Shown here: one piece after another, positions 50,037 to 58,569 of the stretch
How positions within the stretch are numbered: the stretch's first letter is position 1
How the letters are laid out: each line of letters starts with the position of its first letter
Program-made: the position numbers and the translations under genes
Notes under the pieces: generated by a model
Database searches by the model: none
Told to the model about the DNA's origin: nothing
What the model saw: the letters and a program-made list of their open reading frames with translations, nothing else
Source of the DNA: an uncultured Bacilli bacterium
GTDB lineage: Bacteria; Bacillota_I; Bacilli_A; RF39; UBA660
Reading direction: 5' to 3'
DNA length: 64,000 nt
Assembly (NCBI GenBank): GCA_934130545.1
Contig: CAKOYD010000003.1
Span: 15,430 to 79,429 of the forward strand

Positions 50037-51086
50037 TTACTTTTGTAAAATAAATCCAGTAGCAATTGGTCTAGTTGCTTCCATATTGGACCAGTTTATT
50101 GGTCTATTAATTATTTTGTTATTGACGACTATAACACTTGAATTCCCTCCGTCAAGGTTAGCAGCATTATAAGCACCATATCTTAGCATTATTTTAGCTA
50201 AGTCGGCAACTGAAGCCCCAACAGAATCTATTCTTCTTCCATCTACAACTAGAAATAATACAATACCATCTTTTCTTTGACCGATAGCACTTCTTGGATG
50301 AACTCCATAGCCACCATTTCCTTGAACAATAGCAGATTTACCATTAACTACTAGGAATGGTCCAAACTCAACAGCATCTCTAACTCCAGCGGCAATTGCT
50401 TCTTTAGCTGAGACATCTCCTAAATATAGTTTATTATCATCAGTAAAACCGATTACTCCACCGCCATGTGATCTTGAACTTACTGAAGATATAATTTTGC
50501 CATCTTTTATTACTATTCCTTGAACTAATCCCCCTGTACCAACACCATTAGGATCTAAGAAACCGCTACCATTAATAGCCACAAGAGCATTATTTTCTTT
50601 GGCCATATCTGTTAGGTATTGTCCATTGTATCCTAAATATTTACTAGTAACTAATTTTATTTTAGAGGGATCATAGATAACTGCTAAATAAGCATCGTAA
50701 CCATTTTCTCTAAATTTAATTATTTTATACTTTTCACCTTTTTCATGAGTAAGTACTTCTTTATCATATTCATCTTTATAGGTAATACTACTAGTGCTAT
50801 CATCATTAATATCTATTAAATCTAAGTTAGTATCTTCATCAGGTTCAATTACTTTATTATAAGCTAGTACTTTATTTATTGTTTTATCACTATAAAATAT
50901 TGTTGCTAGATATTGATGATTCATTGTTGTCATAGCGGTAGTAATTAAATAATCTCTAAAACCAGAGTATGGTCCATATAATAGAAATAATCCACTAGAT
51001 AGTCCTACTAAAAATATTGTAATTAATGCGATACGTACTTTCTTTTTTAGTCTTCTTTTTTTGACTCTCTTAACTGTTTTCACCAT
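50037..51086 (-). CDS. phosphodiester glycosidase (DUF2233)-family protein with an N-terminal anchor
   Basis: Start set to MVKTVKRVKK (ATG 51086). C-terminal ...AINGSGF..., PRSAIGQRKDG...VVDGR and ...NLDGGNSS match the family pattern. Confidence 0.7.
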   Translation of the reverse strand: MVKTVKRVKKRRLKKKVRIALITIFLVGLSSGLFLLYGPYSGFRDYLITTAMTTMNHQYLATIFYSDKTINKVLAYNKVIEPDEDTNLDLIDINDDSTSSITYKDEYDKEVLTHEKGEKYKIIKFRENGYDAYLAVIYDPSKIKLVTSKYLGYNGQYLTDMAKENNALVAINGSGFLDPNGVGTGGLVQGIVIKDGKIISSVSSRSHGGGVIGFTDDNKLYLGDVSAKEAIAAGVRDAVEFGPFLVVNGKSAIVQGNGGYGVHPRSAIGQRKDGIVLFLVVDGRRIDSVGASVADLAKIMLRYGAYNAANLDGGNSSVIVVNNKIINRPINWSNMEATRPIATGFILQK

Positions 51087-51615
51087 TGTTATCAACCTCT
51101 TCATATTTGTTATCTTTATTATAATCAATATATTCTTTATATATACTAGAATATGGTTCTAATTTGTTTTTGCTTAATTCTTCTTCATTATATAGTGTTA
51201 ACTTTTTATTAAAATTATTAACATCATTTATATAAATATTTACTAATTTCTCATAAGTTATTTTATATTTATTACATACTTTATCATTAAGACCTATTTT
51301 ACAATTATTATCTAAGATATCAATATTTTCTTTAATATCTTTTAATATTTCAGAATAATCATCAAATAATTTAATATCATTATCATATTCATCTTCTATT
51401 GTACTATAATAAAATTCATTAATAATTAGTTTAGCATCTTCTCTTATATTATTGTATCTTTCAACATTTTTTACTAAACTTTGATAAGCACTTTCTATAT
51501 TATCTTTTCTTTTTTGATTATTATTTTTATTAACAATAATAATAGTTATAATAGCAATTACTACTATAGTTATAATAATACTTCCTATTACTATTATTTT
51601 CTTTTTACTTCTCAT
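51070..51615 (-). CDS. hypothetical membrane-anchored protein (181 aa)
   Basis: One N-terminal TM segment followed by a low-complexity Asn/Lys/Glu-rich helical region. Confidence 0.45.
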   Translation of the reverse strand: MRSKKKIIVIGSIIITIVVIAIITIIIVNKNNNQKRKDNIESAYQSLVKNVERYNNIREDAKLIINEFYYSTIEDEYDNDIKLFDDYSEILKDIKENIDILDNNCKIGLNDKVCNKYKITYEKLVNIYINDVNNFNKKLTLYNEEELSKNKLEPYSSIYKEYIDYNKDNKYEEVDNNGENS

Positions 51616-51728
51616 TTTTACTCACCTATTATATATTTTACTACAAATGATTTTGTTTATAAAGAAAAAAAGTATAAAATATTTAAAATATGGCAAAATA
51701 TTGTCTAATATTTTATATTTTATACTTA

Positions 51729-52244
51729 TTATTTTTGTTCCGTTATTGATAATATTTTAGATACTATTTTAGTAATATTTTCACTTTTATTTACAGCTAC
51801 TTTTTTTCCTAAGGCTTTACCACCGATAGTTAGTGATGATATTGTAGCAGTTACTAATAGACTACAAATAATTGAGTCTTTAGCAATAGAAGTAGCAATA
51901 ATTACTCCGGCAGTACCTGAGACAATACCACATATATCCCCAATTACATCATTGCAGAATGATGAAACTTTATCTTTATTTTTAATTAATTTAATAGCTG
52001 TTTTAGCACCTTTTATTTTACGGGAAGCCATAGCATGAAAGGGATATTCAGCACATGTCGTAACGGCTACTCCGATCATATCAAAGATTATTCCTATTAG
52101 GATAACAGTTAATAATACTAATAATTCAATAACAATATTAGATTTCTTTAATATTGTTTCAGATAGATATGAAAATATCATAGATATAACGAATGTTAAA
52201 CTAGTTATCAATAATATCCATTTAATATTTTGTTTACTTTTCAT
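51729..52244 (-). CDS. oapA: OapA-like 4-TM protein (DUF21/CNNM-TM-like)
   Basis: 171 aa with four predicted TM helices and a DxxxD motif (D99-V-I-G-D103) at the start of TM3. Lies immediately downstream of the large ORF-free structured region. AGGAG RBS. Confidence 0.6.
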   Translation of the reverse strand: MKSKQNIKWILLITSLTFVISMIFSYLSETILKKSNIVIELLVLLTVILIGIIFDMIGVAVTTCAEYPFHAMASRKIKGAKTAIKLIKNKDKVSSFCNDVIGDICGIVSGTAGVIIATSIAKDSIICSLLVTATISSLTIGGKALGKKVAVNKSENITKIVSKILSITEQK

Positions 52245-52261
52245 AATTCACTCCTATGTAA

Positions 52262-52286
52262 ATGAAAAAGGCAATAATTGCCTTTA
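52262..52286 (-). terminator. hairpin with U-run at the 3' end of the large ncRNA, 18 nt upstream of the oapA-like RBS
   Basis: Minus strand reads AAAGGCAAT-t-ATTGCCTTT followed by TTTCATTT. Confidence 0.7.
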
Positions 52287-52930
52287 ATCACTACTTATTT
52301 ATCATATGGCTATTAATATAGTTAACTTTGCGTCTTAGGTCAAGTAGGGTTTCCCTATTCTCTGCATAGACGTTACCATCTATGTGGTTCCCCTTTAAAG
52401 AGAATAATATAAAGTCGCCTATTATATGACTTGATTGCCACTTAGTACACACCATAATCCTATATTATGACACTCTAGGAGTTTTCCTCACCAATTGTTT
52501 ATTAGTTATTCTTTTTTGCAATGATAGTTTCATGTTGCAATACTTAAAATGGTTATAGCTATTAACATATTATAAGCTGATCAGCAATTCCCTATCATCA
52601 CGCAAGACAAGCTACACTACTCGTAAATTCAATACATAGTAGGTTTAATCCTAAGTCATAGTATTTCGTCAACTGTTGTGTATAGATCTACTACAAGATT
52701 AGGTCTCCATGAAAATTGGAACGGGTATCGTATGCCATTACGGTCGCCCAACTTTCTTACCACTCAGCACTCGCCCCAAATTGGGCATAAGAAGCAAGCA
52801 CCAAGTGTTTCACAGTTGTGCTCTTTAACGGATTTTTAGGCCCGTCTTCGTAATAAACTTAATTGACTAGAATAATGTGCCACACGTACTTGTAATAATA
52901 CCATATTTTGTTCATTTTGTCAAATTTTAG
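52287..52930 (-). ncRNA. large structured non-coding RNA, OLE-like (about 640 nt)
   Basis: The 735-bp gap (52245-52979) has no ORF of 60 aa or more on any frame, in a window that is otherwise more than 90% coding. GC is visibly higher than in the flanks. It contains many local hairpins, an extended -10 upstream and a terminator downstream, and it is followed by the oapA-like gene. Ends are approximate. Confidence 0.6.
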
Positions 52931-52932
52931 AT

Positions 52933-52940
52933 ATTATACA
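52933..52940 (-). promoter_or_regulatory. extended -10 element (TGTATAAT) for the ncRNA
   Basis: Minus strand reads tttGTATAATat about 40 nt after the upstream gene's stop. No good -35 element. Confidence 0.4.
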
Positions 52941-52979
52941 AATATTAGTAGTAGTATATTATATTGTTTTAGATATGAT

Positions 52980-53819
52980 TTATGCTAGTAGAAAACTAGA
53001 TAAAACTCCTACTAAAACCCCTACTACATAGATAATACTTAGTATTAATAAATTATCTTTAATATTTTTATTAGTCTTAAATAAGATTAAAATACCAAGA
53101 CCACTATTAGTTAATAAACCGGCTATTAGTGATGAAATATTAACTATTCCTTTAGCATACATTTCACTAATTATAACACTAGAAGCACAGTTAGGAATAA
53201 GTCCTACTAAACTAGATATTAATGGTCCAATAACATTATTATAAGATAATACTTTTTCTATATATGTATGACCATAGTATTCAACTATAATATTTAGAAT
53301 AAGAGAAAAGATAAATATAAATCCTGTTATAGAAATAGTATGTTTAATACTAGATAGTATTGGTTTATGATCACAATCACAATGTGTTTCTTCGCATAGC
53401 TTATCAATAGTATTTTCAGAATTATTTTCCTCTTTAAAAATTATATCTACTAATAAACCTATTATAATACCTACTACTATCTTAATGCCTAATATTAATA
53501 AGATTTTCTTTACAGCAATGTTTTCAGATAGTAATACCGGAATCATTTCATCAGAAGTAGATAAGAATATGGCTATTAATGTTCCTTTAGTAATTATTTT
53601 AGTAGCATATAAGTTAGAAGCTGCCACTGAAAAACCGCATTGGGGAATAACTCCTAATATAGAACCTATTATTGGTCCGTATTTACCAGAAGATTTAGTT
53701 ATATTAATACTTTTCTTACTAATATTATGTTCTAAATATTCCATTACTAAGAAAGCTATAAATAGAAATGGTACTATTTTTAAACAATCAATAATTGTAT
53801 CTAAGATAATTTCAGTCAT
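52980..53819 (-). CDS. multi-TM permease (putative 10-TM metal-ion exporter family)
   Basis: Start set to MTEIILD (ATG 53819, GGTGGTGA RBS). Has about 8-10 TM segments and a central Cys/His cluster (CEETHCDCDHKP). The family assignment is from memory of the N-terminal ...LK.VPFLF....EYLEH pattern. Confidence 0.55.
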   Translation of the reverse strand: MTEIILDTIIDCLKIVPFLFIAFLVMEYLEHNISKKSINITKSSGKYGPIIGSILGVIPQCGFSVAASNLYATKIITKGTLIAIFLSTSDEMIPVLLSENIAVKKILLILGIKIVVGIIIGLLVDIIFKEENNSENTIDKLCEETHCDCDHKPILSSIKHTISITGFIFIFSLILNIIVEYYGHTYIEKVLSYNNVIGPLISSLVGLIPNCASSVIISEMYAKGIVNISSLIAGLLTNSGLGILILFKTNKNIKDNLLILSIIYVVGVLVGVLSSFLLA

Positions 53820-53895
53820 AAATATCACCACCAAAATATTATCATATTATTTATCTTTTGGCAAGAAGAAAAGATGTATATTGGGTATACACCTA

Positions 53896-55383
53896 TCATA
53901 CTATAAAGGGATCTGTGGCGGTGCCTGTTCCTCCTGATACTGATATTCCTGGTTTAAGTGATATTACAGGTCTTGATGCATTCTTATAATATACTCCGCC
54001 ATCTGTTCCTTTTAAAATACCACTGTTGCCTATGTAAAGTTCATTGGAAACCGAACTAGTAAAATCATATGGTGACATAGTAAAATACCAAGCACCACTT
54101 CCTAAATAAAATCTAGCATCTACTTTGCCAATAACTGCCCCAGCATATACCATTTCATCAGCCGTAATTAATGCAACTGGATATGTTAAATTACCATTTC
54201 CATTATTTATATCCACCGTGAATCTATCTTTTAAATTTTTACATTTTAATGTTGGCGTTTTATTTACCTCTAATCTAGCTTTTGCTGCAAAGTTTAATGT
54301 TGAGTCACTAGTTGTATAACTTCTATCATTACAAAATACTGTATCCTCTAGTTTGTCTGTATAATTTGTCATATTATTTTTATACCAATTATCTATCGAC
54401 TTTTTTATTGTTGAGTCAGTTATGTTTGCTGCATCATCAATACTACTTCCGTACATATATCCTACATATTTTGCATTATCTCTGTTTGAATTAAATTCTG
54501 ATGTTGCTATTGCAGAATTACCTCCAGTATTATTGCATTGCCCGCTAGATGATACACCATCGTATATTAATTTAACTCCCCCTGTTTCTGTGGTTCTTAT
54601 TATTCTCCAACATTTATCTGCAAATATTACTCTATTATTTACATTACCGCGATAATAATATACTAGCATACCACTATCTGTATCCGTAGTCATATAAATA
54701 CCATTGGTGGCAGCTTCATCAGATGTTTTACTGAAATCAACACTAGTAGTTTTATTAGCGGCACTTTCTATTTTATAATATAAAGTACCTGAGCTTGCCG
54801 TTATGCCTGCAACAGTCTTTAAACTTGGATTATTACTAGTTGTCCCCTTCATTTTTACTGATATACTTCCTGATAGATTTTGTGTTTCCATTTCATCCAT
54901 CCAAATGTATAAATAGTATGTTTTAGTAAATGAATTACTAGTTCTTGTTATATCATCATAATCATTCTTTATTAACCATATATCACTACCTTGAGTCTTG
55001 TCTTTGAAACTACCTCCGGCAACGATATCTTGCATACAACTAGAACTATTAGTAGTTAGTGCATATCTCATAGTTTCTCTTTTAAAACTATCTGATAATG
55101 TTACTATACTCATACCTATACTAAATGAGACATTACCTCCTGACGTATTATTAGAGGTTGCAACTATTTTCTTTTTTATGGCATACTCACTAGTACATTT
55201 AGCCGGCATAAAAAATACATTTTCATTTCCTCCACCATCGATAGTCATCGTTAAATTACCTGATTTAATTTGAGTAATATTTGTTGCGGTCACACTTGTT
55301 GTTAAATAAGCAAAAGTTCCTCCAATTCCTAACATTACTATCGATAAAATAGTTAACATAATAAGTAAGTTTTTTCTTTTCAT
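53896..55383 (-). CDS. secreted/surface protein, paralogue of 22745..24544 (TasA-type signal plus lectin-like C-terminal module)
   Basis: GGTFAYLTTSVTATNITQIKSGNLTM. Long collinear identity blocks with the paralogue include GIYMTTDTDSG..VYYYRGNV, CWRI.RTTETGGVKLIYDG, DTVFCNDRSY and TGTATDPFI. Confidence 0.7.
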   Translation of the reverse strand: MKRKNLLIMLTILSIVMLGIGGTFAYLTTSVTATNITQIKSGNLTMTIDGGGNENVFFMPAKCTSEYAIKKKIVATSNNTSGGNVSFSIGMSIVTLSDSFKRETMRYALTTNSSSCMQDIVAGGSFKDKTQGSDIWLIKNDYDDITRTSNSFTKTYYLYIWMDEMETQNLSGSISVKMKGTTSNNPSLKTVAGITASSGTLYYKIESAANKTTSVDFSKTSDEAATNGIYMTTDTDSGMLVYYYRGNVNNRVIFADKCWRIIRTTETGGVKLIYDGVSSSGQCNNTGGNSAIATSEFNSNRDNAKYVGYMYGSSIDDAANITDSTIKKSIDNWYKNNMTNYTDKLEDTVFCNDRSYTTSDSTLNFAAKARLEVNKTPTLKCKNLKDRFTVDINNGNGNLTYPVALITADEMVYAGAVIGKVDARFYLGSGAWYFTMSPYDFTSSVSNELYIGNSGILKGTDGGVYYKNASRPVISLKPGISVSGGTGTATDPFIV

Positions 55384-55421
55384 AAACGTACGTCCTTTCT
55401 TGTCTTGTAAGATTTAATACA

Positions 55422-55476
55422 ATAAAAAAACTACGATAAAAAGAGTCTAATCCCTTAAACTCTCTATATCGTAGTT
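55422..55476 (-). terminator. long interrupted hairpin with U-run in the leader of 53896..55383
   Basis: 10-bp outer stem AACTACGATA/TATCGTAGTT and 5-bp inner stem AGAGT/ACTCT, followed by T7 on the minus strand. Confidence 0.6.
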
Positions 55477-55501
55477 ATTATCTTTTAAACAAACAAGTGT
55501 A

Positions 55502-55558
55502 TTATTTAGCCCCCCCAAGTAAACTTAGAGTTAACATGTTACTATAATTTCTTTTCAT
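55502..55558 (-). CDS. possible 18-aa leader/small peptide (MKRNYSNMLTLSLLGGAK)
   Basis: AAAGGAG lies 10 nt upstream of the ATG. Sits between a near-consensus promoter and the terminator hairpin. Very short, so speculative. Confidence 0.25.
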   Translation of the reverse strand: MKRNYSNMLTLSLLGGAK

Positions 55559-55579
55559 AATTTTTTAACTCCTTTCTGG

Positions 55580-55593
55580 CGAACGTTTGTTCT
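55580..55593. promoter_or_regulatory. Cheo-box-like palindrome CGAAC-GTTT-GTTCT (possible LexA site)
   Basis: Matches the GAAC-N4-GTTC core of the Firmicute LexA operator. A single occurrence that could be chance. Confidence 0.2.
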
Positions 55594-55641
55594 TTACTTG
55601 TGAAGAAAAACTTGCTTGTTTATTTCTCTTACTATAATTAA

Positions 55642-55670
55642 ATTATATAACAATTCTGGTTTTTGTGCAA
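55642..55670 (-). promoter_or_regulatory. putative sigma-A promoter (TTGCAC-17 nt-TATAAT)
   Basis: On the minus strand the -35 TTGCAC is at 55665-55670 and the -10 TATAAT at 55642-55647, with an exact 17-nt spacer. Confidence 0.55.
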
Positions 55671-55674
55671 GTAC

Positions 55675-56424
55675 TTATTTGTTAATTTTCCTTTCTTGAA
55701 TAAAACTATTTATATATAAAGTTAATTTTATTGGGAATATTTTTGCAAATATTCTTAATAGTTTCATATTATTGGGGATAATTAATAGTTTATTTTTAAA
55801 CATATTATCAATAGCGTACTTACTAGCCTTTTTACTGTCTAAACCTTTAACATTAAAGTGGCAATTAGCAACATTATTAAAGTTAGTGTTAACAGGGCCG
55901 GGACAAAATATAGATATTTTAACGCTTGATTTATCTCTTTTTAATTCTTGATATATAGCTAATGATAGACTTGTTATATAGTTTTTAGTAGCATAGTAAG
56001 TTGCCATGTAAGGTCCGGGCATAAATCCCGCCATAGAGGATACATTTAAGATATGTCCACTATCTCTTTTAATAAAGTCTTGTAAGAATAATTTAGTTAA
56101 GATATGATAAGCTTTAATATTTAGATCAATCATATCTAATTCTTTGTTGATAGATGTTTTGCTAAAGTTTCCGGCATCTCCAAAACCGGCATTATTTATT
56201 AATATATCTATATTTTCTTTTTTTAATTCATTATATAAGTTATAACAATTATCTTCTTTAGTTAAGTCATATTCATATATTTTTACATTCTTATAATCTT
56301 TATATATATCTTTTAATGTTTGCTTATTTCTTGATACAACATACACTTCATGATTATTTTCTAAAAGATATAAAGCCATATCTTTACCCATTCCAGAAGA
56401 AGCTCCAGTTATTAATATTTTCAT
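55675..56424 (-). CDS. SDR-family oxidoreductase
   Basis: Start set to MKILITGASSGMGKD (TGxxxGxG). NNAG and a Y..TK (YxxxK) catalytic motif are present. Confidence 0.88.
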   Translation of the reverse strand: MKILITGASSGMGKDMALYLLENNHEVYVVSRNKQTLKDIYKDYKNVKIYEYDLTKEDNCYNLYNELKKENIDILINNAGFGDAGNFSKTSINKELDMIDLNIKAYHILTKLFLQDFIKRDSGHILNVSSMAGFMPGPYMATYYATKNYITSLSLAIYQELKRDKSSVKISIFCPGPVNTNFNNVANCHFNVKGLDSKKASKYAIDNMFKNKLLIIPNNMKLLRIFAKIFPIKLTLYINSFIQERKINK

Positions 56425-56469
56425 ATTTATTCCTTTCTTATAAGAAAATAAATGGTTAATAATAACCAC

Positions 56470-57498
56470 TTACTTTCTTTTTCTATTATCTAATATTAAT
56501 TTAATTATACTACCTGTTGCTATAACAAATGTTGCTAGTGCTACTAAGATATTTAAATAAGGTATTAGAGATAATAATACTAAGATAGTAATACCTAATA
56601 ATCCTTTTAGATAGTCAGTACCATCTTTCTTAATAAACTTATCCCAAATAGATTTTCCGATAATATATCCTGTTATTGGTGTAGCTGTTAACATACTTAC
56701 TACGTACATTATAATAAATATAATAGATAGTTTAGAACCATAGATACTTAATAATAGTAATAGAGATATAATAGGCATAGCAATCATATAACCTACTCCA
56801 TATCCTACTATCTTACCATAGTTATCTTTAGGTACAGTTAATAGTTTAGGCACTACTAATAGCATGACAGCAAATATTAACCAATTACTTACAAGTGATA
56901 AGAATATTGAGTTAATAGTACTATAATCTTTCTTATCTGTATCATTTGTTTCAATCATTCCTTTATTAATAATATTACCATCTTTTAAGGCTATTTTAGT
57001 ATCTTCGGCATATGTTAAGTTATTAATAGTAGTATTACCATCGATAACTAAGCTATCACATGTTGTATGAACATTTTCTAAAGTTGTTCCGGTACTTATT
57101 AAAGCATCTTTAGATACAATACGAATACTTCCTCCTACTTGACCTTTAATAGTAATATCAGAAGCAAATATTATTAAATCTCTTTCTATTACTGCTTCTT
57201 TTTCAATAACTACTTTATTACCAAAGATTATTAAGTCTTTAGTAGTACCTTTATAGTTAATAGCATTTCCAAAATTAATTGAATAATCACTTTGTGAGGC
57301 AATGTTTAGACTATTACCAAACATTACTCCTAAACCATTTATTTTACTTTCATCGTTAATTATATTACCGAAAGCAAATGATGATGAGGTAATTTCATCT
57401 TTTAAGTTAATAGTATCATTAGCGGTTATTTCATAAGCACTAACAGTATTAATGCCAATAAATAAACTTAAGATAATACCTATTATATACTTCTTCAT
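56470..57498 (-). CDS. signal-peptide protein with 'FGN' repeats and a C-terminal 4-TM domain
   Basis: Five or more roughly 20-aa repeats (AFGNIIN, MFGNSLN, NFGNAIN, IFGNKVV, IFASDIT) suggest a beta-helix. Four TM helices follow. Confidence 0.5.
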   Translation of the reverse strand: MKKYIIGIILSLFIGINTVSAYEITANDTINLKDEITSSSFAFGNIINDESKINGLGVMFGNSLNIASQSDYSINFGNAINYKGTTKDLIIFGNKVVIEKEAVIERDLIIFASDITIKGQVGGSIRIVSKDALISTGTTLENVHTTCDSLVIDGNTTINNLTYAEDTKIALKDGNIINKGMIETNDTDKKDYSTINSIFLSLVSNWLIFAVMLLVVPKLLTVPKDNYGKIVGYGVGYMIAMPIISLLLLLSIYGSKLSIIFIIMYVVSMLTATPITGYIIGKSIWDKFIKKDGTDYLKGLLGITILVLLSLIPYLNILVALATFVIATGSIIKLILDNRKRK

Positions 57499-58568
57499 TA
57501 TAATCCTTCTTTCCTTCTATTTTTATGTATTCTACCTATTTGTCTTTCAATATCTTTTTGGTAGAAGATATATGTTGTTCTTATTATTATAGCAATTGGT
57601 AGGGATAAGACAATTCCCCAAAATCCACCAAGAGCACCACCAGCAAAGACTGCAAATATAGTGATTAATGGTGGTATTTTATTACTTTTACCATATATTT
57701 TAGGGCCAATTACATAACCATCAATATTTGGACATATTATACATATAATAACTGTTCCAATAAATACTTTAGTACTTATTACTGATGATATTAGTAATGA
57801 GATAATAGCGGCCACTACTCCACCAAACATTGGGATAATACAAGATACTCCGGAGATTATTCCTAAAATTAGATAGTTAGGATGCCCAATAAGTAAGAAT
57901 GCAACAGTGTATTCAATAGTTTGAGCTAAAATATTCATTCCTAAGCCCCCAATATATTTATTTAATTCACTATCTAGTTTCTTAACATATTGATATGTTC
58001 TTCTTTTAGTTCTAAGTAAATATTCTTTTAACCAATTTCTTATTTTATCCATATCATTTAGTAAGTATAAACTAACACAGACAATAATAGCAAAATTAGT
58101 AAAGAAATTAACAGAGGTATTTACTATACTAACAGCACCATTAGAGATGTATGCTCCAACATTCTTAATGATTGTACCACTAAGATCTTTAACTGTAGTT
58201 TGCCATTCTCCTAAGTTTATCGCATACTTAGTGGATATATCAGATAAGAATGTAGATATATTACTTAGGAATGTTAAGGTTTGTTCGTATAACATAGGGA
58301 CTGCTAATAAGATAATTATTATTAGGCCACCTAAACCGATAATACCTACTACTAAGATAGCTAACCATTTAGGGCTTCCTGAGTCAGTTAATTTTTTAAC
58401 AATTGGATATACAGCATAAGATATAGCAAAGGCTAATACAAATGGTGATAATATATTAAATATTGTTGATATAGTACCTATCCATAAATCTTTTATTAAA
58501 TATAATAAACAGACGATAGCTACTAATATTAAAGTATTTAACCACTGATAATTTAGTTTATTTTTCAT
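57498..58568 (-). CDS. AI-2E family transporter (PerM-like)
   Basis: 8 TM segments with a ...IPMFGGVVAAI... pattern. ATG 58568 lies 2 nt after the dtd stop. Confidence 0.8.
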   Translation of the reverse strand: MKNKLNYQWLNTLILVAIVCLLYLIKDLWIGTISTIFNILSPFVLAFAISYAVYPIVKKLTDSGSPKWLAILVVGIIGLGGLIIIILLAVPMLYEQTLTFLSNISTFLSDISTKYAINLGEWQTTVKDLSGTIIKNVGAYISNGAVSIVNTSVNFFTNFAIIVCVSLYLLNDMDKIRNWLKEYLLRTKRRTYQYVKKLDSELNKYIGGLGMNILAQTIEYTVAFLLIGHPNYLILGIISGVSCIIPMFGGVVAAIISLLISSVISTKVFIGTVIICIICPNIDGYVIGPKIYGKSNKIPPLITIFAVFAGGALGGFWGIVLSLPIAIIIRTTYIFYQKDIERQIGRIHKNRRKEGL

Positions 58569-58569
58569 A

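Noticed and set aside
52287-52930. Alternative identities for the large ncRNA: RNase P RNA, tmRNA, T-box leader, ORF-less group II intron
   Set aside because: There is no GAGGAAAGUCC-type RNase P core (only GAGGAAAACUCC) and no ACAGAA...GGCUUA element. There is no tRNA-like 3' end or tag reading frame. At ~640 nt it is far longer than a T-box or riboswitch. I saw no group II domain V-like AGC...hairpin with a 5' GUGYG. These exclusions were made by eye and should be confirmed with covariance models.
53960-54090. Whether the equivalent segment of the paralogue (SPYDFTSS...SLKP) could be the DGR template repeat for the patch at 22811-22921
   Set aside because: The two segments are the same length (40 codons). 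A codon-by-codon comparison nevertheless shows many differences at non-adenine positions (for example gat/atc, act/ggt), so they are not a TR/VR pair.
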